From Candidatus Poribacteria bacterium (GTDB lineage: Bacteria; Poribacteria; WGA-4E; WGA-3G): a stretch of DNA of 56,629 bases. The DNA lies in assembly GCA_012270875.1 (NCBI GenBank), contig JAAXHI010000558.1, positions 1,952 through 58,580 on the forward strand, in the 5' to 3' direction. A program made the translations under genes and the position numbers. Positions 8,251 to 17,834 of this stretch are shown in pieces; the stretch's first letter is position 1, and each line of letters opens with the position of its first letter. The notes under the pieces are model-generated. The model was not told the DNA's origin and did not search any database. It saw only the letters and a list, made by a program, of their open reading frames with translations.

Positions 8251-8781
8251 ATGCAAAAAACGACTGAAGAATATCAGAAAGACTTACTTTGGCAGACAGC
8301 ACTTGAAACCTTCTACCGCGTTGCTTACGCTGAAAGCCTCATGACCTCAGTGCTTCAGATTTGGAGACCGGTAGATGGGTTCATTAAGAGCATTGTGACT
8401 ATTACAACCATCGGTTCAGTCATGATAGGGTGGATGTTATGGGGAACACCAACAGGCAAACTCACATGGCTGATTATAGCTGGATCCGCTGCATTCTTAG
8501 CACTTTCACACATTATCCTTAAAATTTCGGATCGTATAGCCGATTTGAGTCATAATGCCCAATACTTCAAGAGCTTACGCCTCAATTTAGAACGGTTCAT
8601 CTATGACATGGAAGTGAATCCTGATTTTCCGCTGGAGCCATTCAAAACCACATTTGAACAGTATCGAGAATGGTTATTGGTCGGTTCGCAAATGCTAAAG
8701 GAAGATTTCCTTTTGACGCGTCGCCGCCGCCAGCAGGTTCAGGAGAAGTTGAATCAACAGATGGGAGATATAATTGTATGA
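8251..8781 (+). CDS. Small two-TM membrane protein, hypothetical (architecture reminiscent of SLATT/DUF4231-type 2TM effectors)
   Basis: 176 aa. AAGGAG RBS ~10 nt upstream. An N-terminal helix is followed by two adjacent hydrophobic helices (IVTITTIGSVMIGWMLW and LTWLIIAGSAAFLALSHIIL) and a helical, basic C-terminal region. Confidence 0.6.
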   Translation: MQKTTEEYQKDLLWQTALETFYRVAYAESLMTSVLQIWRPVDGFIKSIVTITTIGSVMIGWMLWGTPTGKLTWLIIAGSAAFLALSHIILKISDRIADLSHNAQYFKSLRLNLERFIYDMEVNPDFPLEPFKTTFEQYREWLLVGSQMLKEDFLLTRRRRQQVQEKLNQQMGDIIV

Positions 8782-9020
8782 AAGAACAACCCACTGAAAC
8801 CAGAGAAAACGGTGTTGAACATTCAGTAGCGCAGCGGTCCATACATGCGACTTATGAGCCGCCGCGACCGCTGCCCCAATTCCGTGCCCGTCCGAAATTA
8901 ATCCAAGTACAGCTCGCTACGAAAAAACAAACGCCAGCATCAGAGACAGTGAAACCAGAGCAGAACATTTCAGAGGGGGCAGTTGACTCAGGATCCGCAG
9001 CACCGAAGAAAAGTAGTTGA
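8778..9020 (+). CDS. Small basic, low-complexity protein, apparently translationally coupled (ATGA overlap) to the 2TM gene
   Basis: The ATG at 8778 overlaps the TGA at 8779-8781. It uses the same frame as track ORF 8670..9020. The 80-aa product is Pro/Lys/Gln-rich, so coding status is uncertain. Confidence 0.4.
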   Translation: MKEQPTETRENGVEHSVAQRSIHATYEPPRPLPQFRARPKLIQVQLATKKQTPASETVKPEQNISEGAVDSGSAAPKKSS

Positions 9021-9081
9021 CCTAATTTACGAATGCTGCTAAAATTCTCCACAAATTTAAGCATTCGGAGGTTAAGTCACC

Positions 9082-9876
9082 ATGAAAAAAGTTTATTTGG
9101 TTCTACTTATCAGTACATTTGTCATCGTTTCTGCGTTCGCAGGAATCCCGAAAGATAAGGATATCCTGCTGTGGATTGGTGAAGGCAGCGGAAAAAAAGC
9201 AGTTGATGGCACAGGAAACGGGAAGGACGGCACATTTGGCGGATCGGCGAAATGGGTTCCCGGACAAGGTAAATATGGGGCTGGCATCGCACTCAGAGGC
9301 AAGGAAACCTATCTTGAAGTGCCCAAAGTTATTACAGAAGCGGGAAGCCTACTCTTCTGGTTCAAACCCGATTGGGACGGTAAGGACGACGACGACTATC
9401 GGCTTTTTGATGCCAGCCTTGGGGGTATCTACTTCTTCGTAGGAAAAGGGTCTGCACACCCGGACATCACACCCGCAGAATTCGGGTTCTATTTTGAAGC
9501 AGCAGACGACGGCGACTGGCAAGATGTCGAATTCGATCCGACAGGTATCATCAAAAAAGAGGAGTGGTTCCATTGCGCTGTTACGTGGGATTTCACTGGC
9601 GAACCCCCATTTGTCTATATTGACGGTAAAGAGCAAGCGACGAGCCGAAAGATAGGCGGCGGCTTCCCTGCACTTCACGAAAAACCGAGATTCGGTTGGG
9701 AAACCGTTCAGTATATCGCGCTGACCAACGGCGCAGACGGTATCATTGACGAAATCTCGTTCTGGGCACGTGCCTTAAATGAAAACGAGATCCAAGAGAT
9801 GATGGATGTCAGTTTGGATGTTGAAGCGGTCGGAAAATTGGCTGTTATGTGGGGTAAATTGAAAGTAACCCGATAA
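9082..9876 (+). CDS. Secreted LamG (Laminin_G_3 / concanavalin-like) domain protein with a C-terminal 'GKLAVMWGKLK' tail
   Basis: 264 aa. Signal peptide 'LVLLISTFVIVSAFA'. 'IDEISFWARALNENEI' is the LamG_3-type motif. The terminal sequence is 'LDVEAVGKLAVMWGKLKVTR'. Confidence 0.8.
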   Translation: MKKVYLVLLISTFVIVSAFAGIPKDKDILLWIGEGSGKKAVDGTGNGKDGTFGGSAKWVPGQGKYGAGIALRGKETYLEVPKVITEAGSLLFWFKPDWDGKDDDDYRLFDASLGGIYFFVGKGSAHPDITPAEFGFYFEAADDGDWQDVEFDPTGIIKKEEWFHCAVTWDFTGEPPFVYIDGKEQATSRKIGGGFPALHEKPRFGWETVQYIALTNGADGIIDEISFWARALNENEIQEMMDVSLDVEAVGKLAVMWGKLKVTR

Positions 9877-9914
9877 ACCATATTCCTGAATGCTGAGCGT
9901 AAACCGTGCTTTCT

Positions 9915-9948
9915 AAGTCTGGTGATTCCATCACCAGACTTATTTTTT
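9915..9948 (+). terminator. Rho-independent terminator
   Basis: An 11-bp stem (aagtctggtga / tcaccagactt) with a 5-nt loop, followed by a-tttttt. It lies directly after the 9082..9876 gene. Confidence 0.8.
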
Positions 9949-9997
9949 CGGATCAGGTACAGCCGGAAACCGCATCGGATTTTAGGCAAAAACCGCC

Positions 9998-11284
9998 TCA
10001 CAAAAGCGGTACTGATGTTTTCCCAAAAACTTGCGGGAGCCAAAGACTCAACTCCGGCACATAAGTCACCAACACAAGTGCCACCAACAACAGTGCAATA
10101 AATAACAGAACCGAGCGGTAAAGCATCACAACAGACCGATCAAATTTCATGCTGGAGATGAACAGATTCATGCCGACCGGCGGCGTCAAATACCCGATTT
10201 CGAGATTCGTCAGCACAATAATGCCGAGATGCGCCTTGTCAATCCCAAATTGCTCAGCGATAGGCAGTAGCAACGGCACTACGATAATCACCGCTGAAAA
10301 GATGTCCATCAGACACCCAACAATGAGTAAGAAAATATTGAGTCCGATGAGCGTAATAACTCGGTTCTCTGTTGTTGATTGAATCCAGTCGAGGATAATT
10401 GTCGGCACATCAAGCGTAATGAGGTAGTTCGTCAATCCCAAAGCGATACCGAGGATGATGAGGATCGCACCCACAAGCAGTGTGCTTTCTTTGACGATAC
10501 GTGGCAACATCTTCAGTGAAATCGAGCGATGAATCACGAGCTCTACGATACAGGCATAGATAGCAGTTAAAGCAGCCGCCTCATCCAATGTAACGACACC
10601 CGACAGAATACCGCCTAACACAATAAAGGGTAACAGCAGTTCCCACTTCGCTGCCCAGAACGCCTTCAGGAACACCTCCAAATCAAAGGGTGTCGTCTCA
10701 GTCTTTTTGATAACACTCCAGCCAGAACAGTAGACACTCAGAACACCGAGAATAAGCAATCCGGGGATAATACCAGCGAGAAACATTCTATCAATCGGAA
10801 CTTGGGCAATGATGGCGTAGAGAATGAGCGGAACACTCGGTGGGAACAGCAGCCCGATGCTCCCAGAAGCCGTTATCAAGCCAAGCGAAAACTTTTCGTT
10901 ATAGGTCTGCCGCAGGATCGGATAGACCAATCCACCGAGCGCGATAATCGTGACACCGGATGCACCTGTGAAAGTCGTAAAGAACGCACAAGTCCCCAAG
11001 ACAACCACAGCGATGCCACCGGGCAGCCAGCCAACACTCGCACGCGCGAATGCGACCAACCGCTGCGGTGCCTTCCCTTCAGCGATGATATAGCCAGCAA
11101 AAGTGAAGAGTGGGATAATCAGGATTGTCGAATTCCGGGTGAGCCGATTGAAATCAATCAGGATTGTCGAAATCGGTTCGCCTGCCATAGCGTAGCCAAT
11201 AATCGAAGCCCCACCCAATAAAACGAAAAGTGCCCCGCCGAGAAGCGCGAATGCGACCAATCCGATACCAATTATCAATCCCAT
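9998..11284 (-). CDS. dctM: TRAP transporter large permease subunit
   Basis: 428 aa, polytopic, with typical DctM length and sequence character. Its ATG overlaps the stop of the upstream small subunit (TAATG). Confidence 0.9.
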   Translation of the reverse strand: MGLIIGIGLVAFALLGGALFVLLGGASIIGYAMAGEPISTILIDFNRLTRNSTILIIPLFTFAGYIIAEGKAPQRLVAFARASVGWLPGGIAVVVLGTCAFFTTFTGASGVTIIALGGLVYPILRQTYNEKFSLGLITASGSIGLLFPPSVPLILYAIIAQVPIDRMFLAGIIPGLLILGVLSVYCSGWSVIKKTETTPFDLEVFLKAFWAAKWELLLPFIVLGGILSGVVTLDEAAALTAIYACIVELVIHRSISLKMLPRIVKESTLLVGAILIILGIALGLTNYLITLDVPTIILDWIQSTTENRVITLIGLNIFLLIVGCLMDIFSAVIIVVPLLLPIAEQFGIDKAHLGIIVLTNLEIGYLTPPVGMNLFISSMKFDRSVVMLYRSVLLFIALLLVALVLVTYVPELSLWLPQVFGKTSVPLL

Positions 11285-11820
11285 TACTCCGACTCTCCTT
11301 CGACGGTATCAGGTGTATACACACCACTTGTGAAATGGATGCCAATTTGTAACACCACATGGATGCCGATGAGAACAAAACCGTACGGAATAATCGACTT
11401 CGCCCACCACAAAGGGACACTCCCAATTAATACAGCCTCGCTGGACTTCTCATCCTCAATAAAGAGAAAACCGTAATACGCTAAAATTCCGACAACAACC
11501 AAAGCAGCACAGTCAATAGCAAGGTTAGTCCAACGGGTGATTTTTTCGGGCAGAATTCGATTCAGCACATCAATACTGATATGTCGTCTCTCACAGGTAG
11601 CAAGTGCGGCACCCAAGAAACACAGCCAGAGCGTCAAGTGCTGAAGCATCGTATCGCTCCACAACAGGCTCGCACTGAACACATAACGCATAACGATTTT
11701 GAGGATCGCAAGTCCGAGCATCATCGCTACAATGACACACAACCCACCCGTCTCGACTTTACCGAGGAAGGTATTCGCGCTCTGCAGGAAAGCGTTTGGG
11801 GACTGACCTTTTTTAAGCAT
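11284..11820 (-). CDS. dctQ: TRAP transporter small permease subunit
   Basis: 178 aa, four hydrophobic helices, immediately upstream of dctM and abutting the LarA-like stop (TAAATG). Confidence 0.8.
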   Translation of the reverse strand: MLKKGQSPNAFLQSANTFLGKVETGGLCVIVAMMLGLAILKIVMRYVFSASLLWSDTMLQHLTLWLCFLGAALATCERRHISIDVLNRILPEKITRWTNLAIDCAALVVVGILAYYGFLFIEDEKSSEAVLIGSVPLWWAKSIIPYGFVLIGIHVVLQIGIHFTSGVYTPDTVEGESE

Positions 11821-13080
11821 TTACGCCTCCGACGCTAACACCTGAATCCCAGCGGAAGGCAGCACAGCAACTTTCGCCTCAGACGGAAGCCTCTCAGCGA
11901 ACAGCGCGATTAACTGATCGAGATCTCTAAAGAGGAGCGCACCCGGATGTTTCTTGTAAAAATCATCTACCAAAAAGTGTTCTGACCAGACATGTAATTG
12001 ATCTTGCGTTCCGAGTTGTGGCGGTGGCAGTTCAGATTGTGTCCGCTCCGCGCGCTGCTGCGCGAAACGTGCGTAATCAATCTCCTCAAAGAGTCCGTGG
12101 TAACAGATACCGTCTGACGCAGGGTTGAGTGCCATTGTATGTGCTTTCTCAAAATAATGCGTCGCCCACAACGCCTTACCCGTTTGGATCGGATCGCTAT
12201 CCAGCGGATAACAATTCAGCACAACGAGATCGGTCTCTTTTCGACTCGCCTCTGGAATCTCCGTACCATAAGTGTCTAATGCGAAGTACGCGCCTTTACG
12301 ATGTGCCTGCACAAAATCGCCTACGAACAGTCCACAGATTTCACGACGACTGTTGAGGACTGTGTTCACAATCACATCAAGGTCGAGGACACCCGCCACT
12401 TCCTCAGCAAAATCGCGATGATCGGGTTCACTGCCTTTTCTTTCGATAACAGCATGCCCGCGTCCGGGTGAGAAAGTATGGAAATAGAACATTGTGGCGA
12501 AACCGGCGATGCCCGGCACGACCAACTTCGCACCACCACCAAAACCGACAGACCCGTGAGGATAGATACCGCCGAGACAGATTTTGAAATCCGAATCAGC
12601 GATGACACGATTGAGATAGATAGGCATCCCGTTACTAAGATTCCCCAACGCACGCAGATCCCCGCTCATAAAGTCGTGGCTCGTTGCCTCATATTCAGCG
12701 GCGACATCCGCACCGATTTTCTTCGCCACCTCTTCATCCGTGAGCGGTCGGTGAGAACCGCCCCCAACAACAAATCGGATTTCGGACTTCGGGACACCCG
12801 CCGATGCCAACTCACGCAGCAGAAACGGAATAACTTGCGCTGCAGGTGTCGGGCGACTCAAGTCATCAACGACGATACCGGCACTCTTTTTCCCCTTCGC
12901 GAGCTCCGAAATACGAGGCGTGCCAATCGGTTCGGCAAATGCCTTCTCAATTTGTGTATCCGAAAGTACGGGCGCGTCTTTCGGTCCAAGTACCTCCACT
13001 TCCCAACCGGTCGGAAAATTCAAAGTCAGTTCCGCATCCCCGTACCAAGCACGAGAGTAGACTGTCGCAGTGTTGTTCAT
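11821..13080 (-). CDS. LarA-like nickel-pincer-cofactor-dependent 2-hydroxyacid racemase/epimerase family protein (DUF2088), paralog 1
   Basis: 419 aa. It has 'VVDDLSRPTP', 'GGGSHRPLTDEE' and 'IYPHGSVGFGGGAKLVVPG...FYFH', matching the LarA catalytic His pair, the cofactor-binding Lys and the Ni-ligand His positions. Confidence 0.8.
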   Translation of the reverse strand: MNNTATVYSRAWYGDAELTLNFPTGWEVEVLGPKDAPVLSDTQIEKAFAEPIGTPRISELAKGKKSAGIVVDDLSRPTPAAQVIPFLLRELASAGVPKSEIRFVVGGGSHRPLTDEEVAKKIGADVAAEYEATSHDFMSGDLRALGNLSNGMPIYLNRVIADSDFKICLGGIYPHGSVGFGGGAKLVVPGIAGFATMFYFHTFSPGRGHAVIERKGSEPDHRDFAEEVAGVLDLDVIVNTVLNSRREICGLFVGDFVQAHRKGAYFALDTYGTEIPEASRKETDLVVLNCYPLDSDPIQTGKALWATHYFEKAHTMALNPASDGICYHGLFEEIDYARFAQQRAERTQSELPPPQLGTQDQLHVWSEHFLVDDFYKKHPGALLFRDLDQLIALFAERLPSEAKVAVLPSAGIQVLASEA

Positions 13081-13136
13081 AACTATCCTCCATTTTTGGA
13101 TCGCGGGTTAAGAATATCTGAAAAGATTGCCTTGTT

Positions 13137-14402
13137 CTATTGAGAGGACGCTGGTATTAGCACTTGCGTACCCGCCACAGGTAAGACTGTAACTTTCGCG
13201 TATGCTGGCAATTTCTCTGCGAACAACTGAATCAGCACCTCTAAATCACGGAAGAGCAGCGAGGCGGGGTATTCCTTGTAGAAATCATCCGCCAGAAAAT
13301 ACTCAGACCAGACGTGCAGTTGCCCACGCCGCCCAATTTTCGGTGTAGGCAGCTCCGGCGGCACCTGATCGGCTCGCTGCCGAAGATAGCGCGCATAATC
13401 AATCCGATCAAATAGCCCGTGGTAGCAGCTGCTATCGCTCGCAGGATAAAGTGCCATCGTATAGGCATCTTCAAAATAGGTTAAAGCCCCCAACGCCTTA
13501 TCCAGTTGAATCGCATCAGCATCCAGCGGGTAGCAGTTAATCACCACCAGATCCGACCCCGTTTGATTCGTTTCCGGTATCTCCGTGCTGTAAGTATCCA
13601 TCGCGAAATGCGCGCCTTTACGATGCGCTTGTATAAAGTCGCCGACAAACAACCCACAGATTTCGCGGCGGCTATTCATCACAACATTGGCGATAGCGTC
13701 AAGTCCGAGAACACCGGCAGCCAATTCAGCACAGTCGCGACGATCCGGTTCATCGCTCTCTCCTTCAATTATCGCGGGACCTCTGCCAGGCGGAAATGTA
13801 TGGAAATAGAACATCGTGGTAAAACCTGAAATACCGGGAACAATTAACTTCGCACCGCCACTAAAACCGACGGAACTGTGCGGATAGATACCACCGAGAC
13901 AGATTTTGAAATCCGAATCAGCGACAACACGGTTGAAGTAGATAGGCATCCCGTTTTCAAGGCTACCGAAGGCACGTAGGTCACCGCCCATAAAATTATG
14001 GTTCGATACCTCATATTCAGCGGCGATATCCGCACCTATCTTCTTGACTATATCTTCGTCTCTTAAGGGACGGTGGGCACCGACCCCGCAAACGAACCGG
14101 ATTTCGGACTTCGGGACACCCGCCGCGCTCAACTCACGCAGCAGAAATGGGATAACCTTATATGCTGGTGTCGGACGGCTTAGATCGTCAACAACGATGG
14201 CAGCACTCTTTTTCCCTCTCGCCAACTCCGAAATACGAGGCGTGCCAATCGGTTCGGCAAATGCCTTCTCAATTTGTGCATCCGAAAGCGCAGGTGCGTC
14301 TTTAGGACCCAATACTTCGACTTCCCAACCCGTCGGGAAATTCAAAGTCAGTTCCTCATCTCCATACCAAGCACGGGAACGGACAGTGGCTACGTTGTTC
14401 AT
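13137..14402 (-). CDS. LarA-like racemase/epimerase family protein, paralog 2
   Basis: 421 aa, colinear with paralog 1 with long identical DNA stretches. It has the same 'DDLSRPTP', 'GAHRPL' and 'PHSSVGFSGGAK' motifs. Its ATG overlaps the pyrG stop (ATGA). Confidence 0.8.
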   Translation of the reverse strand: MNNVATVRSRAWYGDEELTLNFPTGWEVEVLGPKDAPALSDAQIEKAFAEPIGTPRISELARGKKSAAIVVDDLSRPTPAYKVIPFLLRELSAAGVPKSEIRFVCGVGAHRPLRDEDIVKKIGADIAAEYEVSNHNFMGGDLRAFGSLENGMPIYFNRVVADSDFKICLGGIYPHSSVGFSGGAKLIVPGISGFTTMFYFHTFPPGRGPAIIEGESDEPDRRDCAELAAGVLGLDAIANVVMNSRREICGLFVGDFIQAHRKGAHFAMDTYSTEIPETNQTGSDLVVINCYPLDADAIQLDKALGALTYFEDAYTMALYPASDSSCYHGLFDRIDYARYLRQRADQVPPELPTPKIGRRGQLHVWSEYFLADDFYKEYPASLLFRDLEVLIQLFAEKLPAYAKVTVLPVAGTQVLIPASSQ

Positions 14403-16033
14403 TGCTTTTCAGCTCCTTCCATATCTTCAACTTTACACTGATCAGAAAGCACTGCCGCGATGAATTCACGGAAAAGCGGATGCGGCGCAAGCGGTTTCGA
14501 TTGAAATTCAGGATGGAATTGCGAACCCACCATCCACGGATGATCGGTCACCTCAGCAATCTCTACGAGGCTTTCATCCGGCGATAACCCGCTAAAACAG
14601 AGACCCGCCGATTCTAATTCGGAGCGGTATAGATTATTTAATTCATAACGATGCCGATGTCGCTCCAGAATAATAGGCTGCTGGTAAGCACTATAACTTT
14701 TGGTGTTTTCTTTAAGGACGCACGGATAGTGTCCGAGTCGCATTGTCGCACCGAGATCAGCCACTGACCGTTGTTCATGCATTAAATCTATAACAGGATA
14801 AGGTGTCTGCTCGTCAACTTCTGTGCTATTTGCCCGTTCCATATTCGCTACGTGCCGAGCAAATTCAATCACGAGACACTGCATGCCGAGACATAACCCC
14901 AAATACGGTATCCTATTTTCACGGGCATATCGTGCAGCAACCAACATCCCTTCTATCCCACGATAGCCGAACCCGCCAGGGACGAGTATACCATCAGCGT
15001 TTTCAAAAACAGCATCAAGGTTCGGATGCTCCGTGAGCGACTCCGCTTCTATCCATTCAATCTCAACAGCGGCTCCATTAGCGATCCCGCCGTGTTTGAG
15101 GGCTTCCTGTACACTGATATAGGCATCGCTGCCGGTCGTGTATTTTCCGACAATCGCAATGCGGACGTCCTGCTTTGGGTTCTTCAACTTTTCGACCATC
15201 GCCGACCATTCAGCATCCATAGGTGCGCGTGCTTCAAGTCCAAGCTTCTTTGAAACGAGATGTCCCATCCCTTGGCGTTCAAAATTAAGTGGGATTTCAT
15301 CAACGCATTTCGTGTCCAACCCTTCAAAGATACAGTCTTCAGCGATACCACAGAGGAGCGCGATTTTCCGACGGAACGCCTCCGCCAGCGTCTGACTCGT
15401 CCGACAGAGCAGGACATCTGGGAGGACCCCCAATTCTTGGAGTTTTCGGATACTGTGCTGCGTCGGTTTGCTCTTGCTTTCGCCATTCGGCAAGGTATAA
15501 ATGAGCGACACATGGAGGAACATCGCATTCTCGCGTCCAACCTCAACTGCCATTTGTCGAATGGCTTCAACAAACGGCGGCATCTCAAAGTCGCCGATCG
15601 TTCCACCGATCTCAGTAATGACGATCTCGGCTCCGTTATCCTCACCGATCTGGTAGATGCGACCCTTAATCTCGTCCGTTATATGCGGAATCAGCTGCAC
15701 CGTTTCGCCGAGATAGTCGCCGCGCCGCTCCTTCTCAATCACTTCCTTATAGACAGAGCCTGTCGTAAAGTTAGAATACTTGTTCAGATCAATGCCAAGG
15801 AACCGCTCATAATTCCCAAGGTCAAGATCGGTTTCCGCGCCATCACGGGTAACGAAAACCTCCCCATGCTGAAACGGATTCATTACCCCCGCATCTACAT
15901 TGAGGTACGGGTCGATTTTTACGACGATCACCTTGAACCCGCGATTGATAAGCAATCTGCCAAGGGACGCGGTTGTGATCCCTTTACCGATACCTGAGAT
16001 AACACCGCCCGTCACGAAAATGTATTTTGTCAT
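14399..16033 (-). CDS. pyrG: CTP synthase
   Basis: 544 aa. N-terminal 'YIFVTGGVISGIGKG', and a C-terminal glutamine amidotransferase domain with 'GLCLGMQ' and 'HRHRYE'. Confidence 0.97.
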   Translation of the reverse strand: MTKYIFVTGGVISGIGKGITTASLGRLLINRGFKVIVVKIDPYLNVDAGVMNPFQHGEVFVTRDGAETDLDLGNYERFLGIDLNKYSNFTTGSVYKEVIEKERRGDYLGETVQLIPHITDEIKGRIYQIGEDNGAEIVITEIGGTIGDFEMPPFVEAIRQMAVEVGRENAMFLHVSLIYTLPNGESKSKPTQHSIRKLQELGVLPDVLLCRTSQTLAEAFRRKIALLCGIAEDCIFEGLDTKCVDEIPLNFERQGMGHLVSKKLGLEARAPMDAEWSAMVEKLKNPKQDVRIAIVGKYTTGSDAYISVQEALKHGGIANGAAVEIEWIEAESLTEHPNLDAVFENADGILVPGGFGYRGIEGMLVAARYARENRIPYLGLCLGMQCLVIEFARHVANMERANSTEVDEQTPYPVIDLMHEQRSVADLGATMRLGHYPCVLKENTKSYSAYQQPIILERHRHRYELNNLYRSELESAGLCFSGLSPDESLVEIAEVTDHPWMVGSQFHPEFQSKPLAPHPLFREFIAAVLSDQCKVEDMEGAEKQ

Positions 16034-16042
16034 GAAATTCCC

Positions 16043-16789
16043 TTATGAAGCCTCCAAAATCTGTTTTACCCGTTCCAAGTCGGCAGGAACATCAACCCCA
16101 ATCAGTGGCGTATCCGTTTCGACGACATGAATAGGCACACCGTTTTCCAAAAAGCGTAACTGTTCTAAACCCTCCGCCAGTTCATACGGCGTTCTCGCCC
16201 ACCTTGTAAAAGCGAGGAGTTGCTCTCGTCGGTAAGCGTACAACCCGACATGCCGGTATACAGGAAATTTGTGTAGTTCAGTCTCAGTGATTTTCCCGGG
16301 CATAGACGCGCGCGAAAAGTATAACGCATCACCCTGAAGATCTGTAACTACCTTTACGACGTTAATATCCCGATAATCCGCAGCAGTTTTAACGCGCTGC
16401 TTCAACGTACACACCTGTACTTCCGGGTTGTCGAGCATAGGGCGCAGCATTAGGTCTATCTGTGCAGGTTTAAGTAACGGCTCATCGCCTTGAATATTGG
16501 CGACAATATCACACTTCAGCCCTTCCGCAACAACAGCGACACGCTCGGTGCCGGTCTCACACTCGCCGGTCATCTGAACGTTCCCGCCAAATCGGGTAAC
16601 AGCGTCGTAAATCCGCTCGTCGTCCGTTGCGACGATAACCACATCCAACGTCTCAGCACGACACGCACTTTCATAGACATGCTGGACCATCGGCTTCCCG
16701 AAAAGGTTCACCAACGGCTTGCCCTCAAAACGACTGGAGGCGTAGCGCGCCGGAATTATGCCTACACTTTGCAACCTCATGTCCTTCAC
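16043..16789 (-). CDS. kdsB: 3-deoxy-manno-octulosonate cytidylyltransferase (CMP-KDO synthetase)
   Basis: 248 aa. It has 'IIPARYASSRFEGKPL' and 'IQGDEPL'. It lies 9 nt upstream of pyrG. Confidence 0.93.
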   Translation of the reverse strand: MKDMRLQSVGIIPARYASSRFEGKPLVNLFGKPMVQHVYESACRAETLDVVIVATDDERIYDAVTRFGGNVQMTGECETGTERVAVVAEGLKCDIVANIQGDEPLLKPAQIDLMLRPMLDNPEVQVCTLKQRVKTAADYRDINVVKVVTDLQGDALYFSRASMPGKITETELHKFPVYRHVGLYAYRREQLLAFTRWARTPYELAEGLEQLRFLENGVPIHVVETDTPLIGVDVPADLERVKQILEAS

Positions 16790-16965
16790 AATACCTTAAA
16801 TTTTTCCATCCATATTCCAAATCAGTTTAACCCAAATTGAAGTTAAAATCAATTAAATTTTCGATTTTCGTTGCAAAGACCAATGGGAAAGTGGTAAACT
16901 TTAATCACTCATATATCGTTTTAGTGAATAGCGAACGGATAATTCATCTAAAGGAGATTCTCAAG

Positions 16966-17799
16966 ATGAAAGGCAACTTGAGATTTGTATTGACAATTTG
17001 CAAACGACACACCTTTGTGGTGTGCTTACTTCTAATAGGCGCGCTCTGTCTACATACGACAGAATTCGCGGCAGCCGAACCCTTGGATCCGGACTTAGTC
17101 CTATATTTTGATTATGAAGACTTCAAGGGGGATACCGTCCTTGAAAAATCTGGACGAGGCTATGACGGCGCGATTAATGGCAAGGTCACACAATCCAAAG
17201 ACGGGAAGTTTGGCAGCGCAGCCCATTTCGTCCTTGGCAGTTTCCTTGACTTAGATGGTGCCAATATCAAGCCTGACGACATTCCTACTGAAGGCATGAG
17301 CGTCGTCGCGTGGATTAACGTTGAAGCTGTCGCTGATATGGCGATCTTCAACGCACGCGCAGCAGATAATACATGGCTTGTACACCCAGAAGCACGCGGT
17401 AGTGGTAAATATCGTTGGCTCAATCGGAGTCCCGGCAGCACGATATTTGATATCCGCGCCGGTGACAACAAAGATAACGAATGGCAACATTACGCCGGTA
17501 CATTCAGTAGGGCTGACGGGTTAGCCGTGCTTTACATCAACGGAAAAAATGTCGGTGAAGAGAAAGCGCGTGTTCCGACACCGATCGCTGGCGATTGGGA
17601 TCAAGGGGCACGTGTCGGCTATAATATTGACGACAACCGTCCATTCGCTGGACTCATGGATGACCTTAACATCTGGAAACGTGGGTTGACAGAAGAAGAG
17701 GTCAATATGATTATGAACGAGGGTGTTGACGCGTTCCTCGCTGTCGAAGCACAAGGGAAACTCGCTACAACATGGGGAAAACTCAAGGCATCAAAGTAA
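16966..17799 (+). CDS. Secreted LamG-domain protein with 'GKLATTWGKLK' tail, tandem paralog 1
   Basis: Track ORF 16837..17799 is trimmed to the ATG at 16966, which is preceded by 'ttcatctaaaggag', a sequence conserved before all three paralogs. A signal peptide is present. It has 'MDDLNIWKRGLTEEEV' and the terminal 'AVEAQGKLATTWGKLKASK'. Confidence 0.8.
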   Translation: MKGNLRFVLTICKRHTFVVCLLLIGALCLHTTEFAAAEPLDPDLVLYFDYEDFKGDTVLEKSGRGYDGAINGKVTQSKDGKFGSAAHFVLGSFLDLDGANIKPDDIPTEGMSVVAWINVEAVADMAIFNARAADNTWLVHPEARGSGKYRWLNRSPGSTIFDIRAGDNKDNEWQHYAGTFSRADGLAVLYINGKNVGEEKARVPTPIAGDWDQGARVGYNIDDNRPFAGLMDDLNIWKRGLTEEEVNMIMNEGVDAFLAVEAQGKLATTWGKLKASK

Positions 17800-17834
17800 A
17801 AAGAAATGGTTCATCTAAAGGAGGACCTTAAAAG

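Noticed and set aside
8066-8344. 92-aa ORF in the AT-rich region upstream of the 2TM gene
   Set aside because: It has a GTG start without an RBS and a Cys/Arg/Lys-rich composition typical of random AT-rich translation. It overlaps the better-supported ATG at 8251, which has an AAGGAG RBS.
16837-16965. N-terminal extension of LamG paralog 1 suggested by the ORF track (TTG/ATG at 16837)
   Set aside because: The extension covers the sequence that is the conserved upstream box and RBS block in the paralogs. The ATG at 16966 gives a standard signal peptide aligned with the other two genes.
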